NCBI GenBank assembly: GCA_048013815.1
Contig: CM106586.1
Span: forward strand, 2,170,001 to 2,234,000
Reading direction: 5' to 3'
DNA length: 64,000 bases
Source of the DNA: Setoptus koraiensis
Lineage: Eukaryota; Animalia; Arthropoda
A model generated the notes under the pieces. It had not been told where the DNA came from. It searched no databases and saw only the letters and a program-made list of their open reading frames with translations. Made by a program: the position numbers and the translations under genes. The first letter of the stretch is position 1. Every line of letters starts with the position of its first letter. This document shows positions 52,004 to 60,954 of this stretch, one piece after another.

Positions 52004-55000
52004 GGAAACAAAGGTATTGATGACGATGATGACGATGATGATAACGATGGTACCGCTGATGACGATGATGATGATGACGATGACGCAGCAGATATAGTTG
52101 TGAACAAGAGAAAAGTCAAATCTACAACATCTAATAACAAAGCGAGACAGAAAGGATCAACAGCAAAGAAACAACCAAAGGTGGATGACGATGACGACGA
52201 TGATGACGAAGATGACGACGATGAAGATGAAATTATTGAGGACATATCAGATGCTGAGACTTTGAACAAACTGATTGAGGCAAACGATCATTTGATGGTG
52301 TTCTTTTATGACAAAGAAGACCCAAAAATATTTCAAAAAGCTAGTGATATTCTCAAACAATTAGAAACAATCGATGATGATTGTGATGACTATGATATTG
52401 GCTTTGTTAAAATCGACAATGATCAGGTGGCTAGAGAGTTTGGCCTTATGGATGAATTGCCGGCTTTGGTCTACTTTGAACATCAGTTGCCCTCAATCTA
52501 CGAAGGTAGTTATAAACCTGTTAGCCAGGTATTGGATTGGATACTAAAGCAAAAAAGTGAAGACACTATAGAAGAGGTAACTGATGAGATTTTAGAAAAA
52601 TTATTACTGAAACATCCTTATGTTCTAGTATTCTTCGCGCCAAACTCTTGTACAACAGAATGTGAAATCATTTTACAAGGTCTAGAGAGTATTGACGATG
52701 ACACAGATGATTACGGTATTTTGTTTGTTACGACAGACGATATGGATCTAGCTAGAAAGAGGGCCAAAATAACCAAATTTCCTACTTTGGTTTTATTCAG
52801 AAACAATGGTGACTCTAAAACATATAAAGGAAACTTAAAGAAACCGGATGAAGTTTTAAAATGGGTCACATCAGAAGAGGCGCTAGACATAACAAATGCG
52901 ATTGATCTGGTTAATAGGAAGATGTTTGAAAAGTTATTAAATACATCCAACTATTTAGCAGTTGTTTTCATCAAGGACAAATGTAAGAATTGTGACAAAG
53001 TTTTACAAACATTGGAGAATATTGATCATTTAACCGAGGATAACGATATAGATTTGATTAAGATCAATGACGTTAAATTGGCTCGCGAGTTCAACTTGGT
53101 AGACAATTCGCTGCCTGCATTAGTATTCTTTAAACATCGTTACCCTCATATATATCAAGGTAATCTGTTGGCAAAAGACGCTGATCAACAAGTGTTGAAA
53201 TGGTTGAACGAAGAAAAAAATAATCAAGAGGATATCATCGAGTTAGTATCGGGTAATATGTTGGATATTTTATTGGACAACATGAAACATTTGGTTGTAT
53301 TCTTCTATGATCCGAAATTGTGCGGTCAAGATTCATCGTCCATTGTTAATGCCCAGCAACAGGCTGCAAATCTAAAGTGCAAAAGAGTATTACAAGAACT
53401 GGAAAATATAGACGATGAAACAGATGATAATGGTATACAATTTGTCAAATGCGAAGACACTAAATACGCTAAATCGTTGGGTATTAGTCAGTTGCCAGCA
53501 CTTGTTTATTTCGAAGAATCATCATCGGCTCCAAGTATCTACTTAGGTGATCTGGAGGAGGAGGAGAGAGTCTTGGAATGGTTGCTGAAGCAAAAAAATG
53601 AGGACACTATTGAGAACATTAATAAGGATATACTGAATAAAATGATAACCCAACAACAGAAAGGTACCGACGGCGATGGCGATGAAGACGATGATGATGT
53701 TCAAAAGGAATATGTAGCGTGTTTATTTTACAAATTAAATCACGAAGATAGCGATGATATTGTTGAAACATTGGAACATATCGACGATGATCTGAGTGAA
53801 TATGACATCCATCTTGTCAAAATGGCCGACGATTTGATAGCAAAAAAATATGGTATTCGTCATCCACCGGGGCTGGTATTGTTTCGTCATGGTCTACCTC
53901 TCAAGTACGAGGGCGATCTATTCGATACCGATGAGCTAATAGAGTGGCTGACGAATCCATCAACATTGGAAACTAATGATGCTATAGAGCAGGTTAATGA
54001 AAAAATGTTTGAAAGATTCAGAGTGAACACAAACTATTTGGCTGTTTTGTTTTACAGTGAAACAAATGCTTGCAAGCAATGCAAAAGAGTAATGGAGGAA
54101 CTGGAGAAAATCGACGACGAAGCCAGTGCGGCTGGTATCAGATTCATTAAGGTGGACAATATGGATATCGCGCGCCGTTATGGAATTCACGCTCTTCCAG
54201 CGTTGGTATTCATATCAACGCCATCAGCAACAACATCGACCAATATTGGACAAGATCAGAGTCAGGCTATAATATATGCTGGTGATTTGAAGAAGGGCGA
54301 TAAGATACTAGAATGGCTAATGGAACAAAAGTCGCCCAATCTTCATCAAATCGAAGATTTAAACGGACGCCAATGTAGAGAATTGATCAAATCAAGAGAG
54401 CATGTGGCTATATTCTTTTACAACAATGACAACGACGAAGATTCAACGGATGATTGCGATGATCAATGTGCTATTATATTGGCTGGTCTAGAAAATATTG
54501 AGGGTGATTGTAAAAAGCATTCGATTACTTTGGTTAAAACAAATGATAAATCTATGCTGAAAGAATACGGTATTCAGCGAGATGCAGCATTAGTTTACTT
54601 CGAGCATGGCAATCAGCCTAGCATCTATCAGGGCGATTTGAATGCTGAAGAAGATTGTCTCGATTGGCTGATTCAGCAAAAAACAGAGGACACAATTGAA
54701 GAAGTTAACAGGGGATTATTTGAGCATCTAATTGAATCAAGTCACTATTTGGTTGCATTATTTTACAAGCCACATTGTAAATCTTGTACGGTTGCTTTGG
54801 AGAAACTAGAATCTATTGATGATGATTGTGACCTGTATGGTATCACTATGGTCAAGATACAGGATATACCATTGGCTAAACGATACGGTATTAAGACATT
54901 TCCAGCCTTAGTCTATTTCCGCAATGGGAATCCATTAATATTTGATGGTGATCTTCGTAATGAGCAGCAGGTACTAGAGTGGTTAATTGAGGATGAAAAC

Positions 55001-56008
55001 CGTGAATTAAGTGACGAAATCGAGGATATAAATGGAAAAATGTTGGACAAATTAATAGATTCTTCACCATTTTTGGCAGCCTTATTCTACGATGACGACT
55101 GTCAAGAGTGTCCTAAAGTACTGCGTGAACTGGAGAAAATAGACGATGACACTGATCTGTTTGGCATTGATTTCGTTAAAATTAATGACTTTGCTGCGGC
55201 TAGAAAATACAATGTTCATTCGTTTCCGACACTGGTTTACTTTAGAAAACAATCGCCATCCTATTACGACGGTGATCTTTTAGACGAGGACAGTGTATTG
55301 AGATGGTTGACCAGTAATGACGTGTTTGAGTTAGAAGATGAAATAGAAGAGGTCAATAGGCGCATGTTGGACAAATTAATGGAAACTAATGATTACATCG
55401 CAGTTTACTTTTGTGAGTACCAATTGAACATTTACATATCGATAGAGATATCTGCATCTAGTGCTCCAATTAATTAATTAATTTATTCCTTCATCACACT
55501 AATATGAAAAAACTTGAAATCAGATGACAAAAATTGCCCCACTTGTGATGTCATACTCAAAGAACTCGAGGGTATAGATGATGAAGCAGACAGTCTTGAC
55601 ATTATGTTTGTCAAAATTAAAGATATGAATTATGCCAAAAAATACGGTATAACTCAGGTGCCTAGTTTAGTTTATTTTAGGAAGAAATTTCCATCCATTT
55701 ACAGAGGTAGGTCAACAACAAACAGTTTTAGATTGATTGCGACTAAAATTTACTTATAGATGTTACCTTGATTATCACATTATTACTTACTCACACCAAC
55801 TTACATCACATCTCAATCATATCATCCATCTTATTATATCTTTGTAGGCGATTTAATGAGAGAGGAGAAAGTATTAGAATGGTTGCGCAAGAATAGATAC
55901 CGCAATCCAGAATTAAATTTGTTTATGTACGCATTGTTCAGCATAACAATATCATTTATTTTTTACACAATATTCCTAATGTTTTGTGTCAAAAAGAAAC
56001 AAGAGTAA
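52004..56008 (+). CDS. Acidic membrane protein with at least 10 tandem thioredoxin-like (PDI/calsequestrin-type) domains and a C-terminal TM helix; 5' end in the gap; exons <52004-55412, 55524-55706, 55848-56008
   Basis: Repeat unit IE.V...L..L....YL.V.FY...C..C...L..LE.IDDD.D..GI..VK.....A..YGI...P.LVYF....P..Y.GDL..E..VL.WL; phase-1 GT-AG introns; ends ..ELNLFMYALFSITISFIFYTIFLMFCVKKKQE*. Confidence 0.9.
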
Positions 56009-56519
56009 TAATAACTTATCATCGGCTACAAAATCTAATAATGTCAGCACACACACCGGGCACATCAACAACAGCATCGCCACCACAACATCTTTGATCC
56101 AATCACTAAAACCTAATAGAACCAAGTAAAAGCCAGACCATTTAATCCTGGCCAAATAAAACTGGCCAGTTACCATCTAAGATGGTGTTTATATTCTCAT
56201 GTGTTATTTACAATTAAACATTGGAAATCAATTATTAATGGAAATCATACATTGACCCTACTACAGTAATGTTTGCTGAAATGCGACAGATCCCCTCTCT
56301 GCGCTTGCTCTCTTGTGGTGCGAAAAGAAGTCTTCCAATTTCTAGAAGACTTTACTTTCGAAATCGCACATCTATGATACAACTTTCAAAGGCTATTCCA
56401 CATGATATGAGCCTCTCAGATTTTTTTTCTAATGGCTCTATTCTTGTAGATCTCGAGGTGCCGTTTATACGTTTCTTGTTTCGTTCTAGCAATATTCTGG
56501 TTAAATTCTGGCCGAATTC

Positions 56520-56790
56520 GGTCTGTTACGGGCTAGTGCGGACAGGAGGGCTGTGCCGAAACCCGCAAATCCGCCCGAAATGGGCGGCCGACACGCCCAG
56601 TCTGGGTGACTCAAGCGTCCAGAAAGCGTCCAAATGGGGCGAAAACAGTCAGGAGGCGTGTCTTTGTGCCCGACGGCCGCTAACGGTCTGTCAGGCCTGT
56701 TGACGCCAGTCGATCCCGTGTTAACTAACTCCGCACGCCCACTCCGCGGCTTGACACAATGCACGCGAGACGGACCGCACTGACAGAGTG
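56520..56790 (+). ncRNA. Candidate structured non-coding RNA (family unassigned), or GC-rich promoter of the downstream gene
   Basis: GC-rich island with helices GACACGCC 56590-56597 / GGCGTGTC 56655-56662, CCGCCC/GGGCGG, TGACT/AGTCA, GTGCGGA/TCCGCAC and TCTGTCAG/CTGACAGA. Confidence 0.35.
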
Positions 56791-57148
56791 TGTTTGGCAC
56801 AGTGTTGGTGGATCTGAAGCTTTTGTGCGGCTTGTTCGCCTGTCCACAGCCACACCACTATGGCACACAGAGTATAATTGAGTGGCCCACAATAGTTGTG
56901 TGTTGAAGAACTCGTGCAGACAAAGAAATGCAGCGTCCTGGTTGTTGCAGCCAACCATTTGCTTTATTCATTTTTCTATTCTATCATTATTGTCTATATT
57001 ATTTATATTTTATCAACTAATTCAAATCTATTGAACCACCATTGGCGATCAATCACAACAAATCATCATATTATAGCAACAATTTGTAATCATTGTACTT
57101 GAATCCGGCTGAATATTACACTATTCTTAGATTAATTATTAAGCCATC

Positions 57149-58696
57149 ATGGACCCCTACTCGCCGCCGCCGCCAATCCAATTTATTGAAACCGTAATAG
57201 ACCATTCGGATAATAATATGGTCTTGGATATTCCACCGCCAATTTTGCCCGATATTATAGCGGACTCATCATGTGTTTTATCTTCACCGCCACCACACTC
57301 ACAACAACAACTACAGCAACCCCCGCTGCCGCCTCAGCAGCCACCTTCTACAACCAATTTAGACTCGGCAATGACCTTTATGTCAATTAGTACTCCGCAA
57401 CAACAAGAACCACCTAAATCCATTCAGGAGGTTGTTGACGAATTTATTGGTTTTCTCAGAGATACTGACCCTGATATTGTCATGAAAACGGCACAACTTC
57501 TGCATGATTGGTCTAAGGATATGAATGGTAGAATGACTATTGGCAGTTCTGGGGAGATGATCCATACTCTTACCTCACTTGCACTCAGTAACGATTGTCC
57601 CGATGTAACTATCTATTATGTATCCAGCATTCTCAACAGTCTCTCTTTATGCCCAACCGGTCAAAGGGCCACCATTGAGGCTCCCCACGGTATGGTAAGC
57701 CTAATACACATGCTGCGCTCGGGATATGAATCAATAGTTATACACGCTTTGACAGCAATACACAATCTATTAGCCTACGACATCACCCAAGATGCAGCCT
57801 CTCAATTTAAAAGCCGCAATGGTCTTCCACAAATTGTCGCTCTGCTTAATGACGACAAAAATTACAAATTCTTGGCGGTGGTAACAGATTGCGTACATCG
57901 TCTTGCTCTTGGAGATCCCCAAAGTCAAAAGATCATACTAGATAACAACGGGGCTCAGCTACTTCTGAAGGCTCTAGATAATTATAATCAACGCAAGCAA
58001 CGTTTCGAAATAGCCAATGAAGTAGACTATCTCATCGAAAGATGTTTGGCAACTTTAAAACTTCTCGCTTCAAATATACAAGGAAAGGAGGCCATCATCG
58101 GACATCGCGGAATGGTCATTCTTGGTGAAAGCCTCGGCGTGAGCCGTCAGAGGATGGGCCCCAACGAGTCTAAGAATGATAACATATTAAAGGCCAGTCT
58201 ATTGACGTTGCGAAATTTATCTGATGACGAAAAGGCCATCAATTTTCCAAATTTGCAGCCTCTACTACATGAACTGGTCAATCTGGTACTTTCGTGTAAT
58301 GATTTAACTATCGTAACTTATTCTCTTGGAATACTAAGAAATTTAAGTTGTAACAATCAAGAAAATAAGAGTTTCCTCGTGAATGACGCTGATGCTATCG
58401 GAGCACTTTTACTCAGTATCAGGAGGTGCGATCGAGATCAAGAAATTATAGAGTCTGCCATTTTCACACTACGCCATCTGACACGAACCAGCAGGGAGGC
58501 TCGTTCCAAAGTCGCCAGTCTTGATGGTCTGAATATTATTGGATCCGTTTTGAACCAAGCGAATGAGCTCTCAAAGAAAGCAATCAGGCACTTGCTCCAG
58601 CATTTAAAGCAGGAACGTTTCGACGATCCAACCCACCAGAGGATATACCAGCTGGAGATGGAGATGGAATGTGGTAATAATTGGCACAATAATTGA
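57149..58696 (+). CDS. Divergent, truncated beta-catenin/Armadillo paralog (ARM repeats about 1-9), intronless, 515 aa
   Basis: ALTAIHNLL, GLPQIVALL..NYKFLAVVTDC..LALGDPQSQKIIL..GAQLL, TLKLL, LLTLRNLSD, GILRNLSCNNQENK and ESAIFTLRHLT are colinear with beta-catenin ARM repeats 3-8. Confidence 0.88.
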   Translation: MDPYSPPPPIQFIETVIDHSDNNMVLDIPPPILPDIIADSSCVLSSPPPHSQQQLQQPPLPPQQPPSTTNLDSAMTFMSISTPQQQEPPKSIQEVVDEFIGFLRDTDPDIVMKTAQLLHDWSKDMNGRMTIGSSGEMIHTLTSLALSNDCPDVTIYYVSSILNSLSLCPTGQRATIEAPHGMVSLIHMLRSGYESIVIHALTAIHNLLAYDITQDAASQFKSRNGLPQIVALLNDDKNYKFLAVVTDCVHRLALGDPQSQKIILDNNGAQLLLKALDNYNQRKQRFEIANEVDYLIERCLATLKLLASNIQGKEAIIGHRGMVILGESLGVSRQRMGPNESKNDNILKASLLTLRNLSDDEKAINFPNLQPLLHELVNLVLSCNDLTIVTYSLGILRNLSCNNQENKSFLVNDADAIGALLLSIRRCDRDQEIIESAIFTLRHLTRTSREARSKVASLDGLNIIGSVLNQANELSKKAIRHLLQHLKQERFDDPTHQRIYQLEMEMECGNNWHNN

Positions 58697-58810
58697 AGCA
58701 AATAAAGCGAAATACTGAGCTCTTTGTCGAAAAGATAGCACAGAAAAGTTAAAGCAGTGATCTCACAATCAGTGTTGATTGTGTTTATTATTTTTTTTAT
58801 AGACCTTTGT

Positions 58811-60623
58811 TTACATATCTAGTTTCATTGTTGATCGAACATCATCGATTTTCAAAATCATCTTCACAAGTTGAGTGGCAAGGCTGATTTGTTGTTGTTT
58901 GCTACTCAGAGTTTCTATGACATTAAGTTTCTTCATATCATTTGAGCCGGTAGACATGCAGTCCACTCCTATGTGGGGGTTGTTCTCAGCTACCTGTTGG
59001 GCCTTAATGCTCTGGACTGTCTCAATACCATGCAGACCAGAGTTTTCGGCTAATGACATTGGAATAGATTCTAATGCATCGGCGAACGCTCTAAAGGCAT
59101 ATTGTTCCAAAGATGAAATCTTATCTGCTTCTTTTGTAATTGCTAAACTGCAGGATAATTCGGCGGAGCCACCCCCATAGACAATACGGTTGTCACGGAT
59201 TAAGTTTCTTACAACGCAGAGAGCGTCATTGAGACTTCTCTTAGCTTCGTCAACAACCATCTGGTTTCCGCCTCGAATAAAAACTGTAACTGCTCTGCTA
59301 TTCTTGCAGTCCTCTATAACTAACATGCGATCTCTCGTTGTTCCAAAGTTAAGTTCACGTACGATTCCTGCGTAACCTAGTTTTTCAGGTGTTAGTTCTT
59401 CGAATCTAGGGACGATGCGACCGCCAGTCGCAATTGCAATCAGTTCGATCTCTGGACCTCCAACCCATCGAATAGCGGGCAATTCTTTCTGCAAGAGCAA
59501 ATGGTTTGCTTCATCATCGAAGCCCCATTGACATATAGCTAGATTGGCTCCGACTTTCTTTACCTGGTCGACCATTTCAACGAACTTTTCCTGCTCATAC
59601 TTTCTTAACTTTCTGTAATCTTCAACTGAGGTGACATCCAACTTGTGTTTGGTCTTTGGTTTAGGTGGTTCGAATGGGCATGTGAGTATTGCCATCCTTA
59701 CATTCTCTAATCTTTTCGGCATCTGTGGATGGCTGAAATCTTTGTCCACAATGACACCTTTGACGAGCATTGTATCTTCCATCTGACCTCCGGTTTTCGT
59801 TTCTATTTTGATAAGTTCAAAATCTACATCCCGACGATTCATGTCAGCAACTGACAAAATAGCGTCAACTGCAATTTCGGCGAACTGCCTCAAGCAACGG
59901 CTGACAATCTTAGAGCCGAGTGAGGTCATAGCTGCCTTGATCAGTGGCTCTTTGTTACTGTCATCCACTGGAAAGCTGTCACAAACGCTTTGCAGGTGTT
60001 GAACCGCGTGTTGAGCTGCCATCTCAAATCCATCAGCGATTCTGATTGGGTGAAGTCCTTTGTCGAGTAAGATTTCGGCCTGTTCAAGTAGAGCTCCAGC
60101 AAGAACTTTTTGTGGAGAAAATTATTAATGAATCAGATTCATGGAAATTAATTTTAGGCCATCAAATGAATCAAATAGGCATGCTAGCTAAGTTGGTTGC
60201 GAGACTAACCTACAACTCCGGTGGTTCCATCACCTATTTCATCATCTTGTGATTTTGACAGTTGCACCATCAACTTTGCTATTTCGTGGTCAACATCCAT
60301 ACATTTTAATATGGTGGCGCCATCGTTTGTTATGGTCAAATCTCCATCTGGTGAGACCATGATCTTATCCAAACCTTTGGGGCCCAAAGATGTCTTTAAG
60401 ACTTCAGCTACTCGTTTGGCAGCATATATGTGGGACTAATTTCAATAAGAATTAATGTTAGTGGATTATGGCCAAGAAACTCCCTTAAATAGTCGATTTC
60501 TATTGATGAAAAACCTACTTTTGTGGCATCGATACCAGTGAGTTGTCTTTGTTTTTCCTGGTCCCTGAGAATGAAAAATGGTCGACCATGTTCATCGAAC
60601 GCTAATTGTCCAACAGCAGCCAT
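58811..60623 (-). CDS. CCT5: T-complex protein 1 subunit epsilon; exons 60623-60519, 60435-60210, 60105-58811
   Basis: [48 protein letters not shown]|[33 protein letters not shown]; introns of 83 and 104 nt with matching phases. Confidence 0.98.
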
Positions 60624-60954
60624 TGTTTGAGCCAACCGATGTAACAAATTAATTAAATACTGATGGAACTTGAATGTAACTTGTGTAATTGTTTTGCCTA
60701 CCAAAATAATGATACCAAAGAGACTATTATATACTACCAGTGGTAATATCACACCAATATAGCATGCAAGCGGCATGGACAGGATGCTTTGTTGATACGC
60801 CCTCTACCGGTTGCACTTGATATGAAGAGCGGTAAAGTCAAACTGAATCAATGTGCCGCAGTTGAACAGATTCACGAATATAGACTTTATTTACAAAAAT
60901 ATCACAAGCATTAACTCGTAGATTGGTCAGTATCGACAGATGAAATTAAAAATA

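Noticed and set aside
51454-52269. ORFs containing long X runs
   Set aside because: They are open only because they cross the N gap; the Ser/Met-rich parts are alternative frames of the (GAT)n poly-Asp stretch
56720-56732. TTAACTAACT as a possible telomerase template
   Set aside because: It does not template the TTAGG or TCAGG arthropod repeats; no supporting evidence
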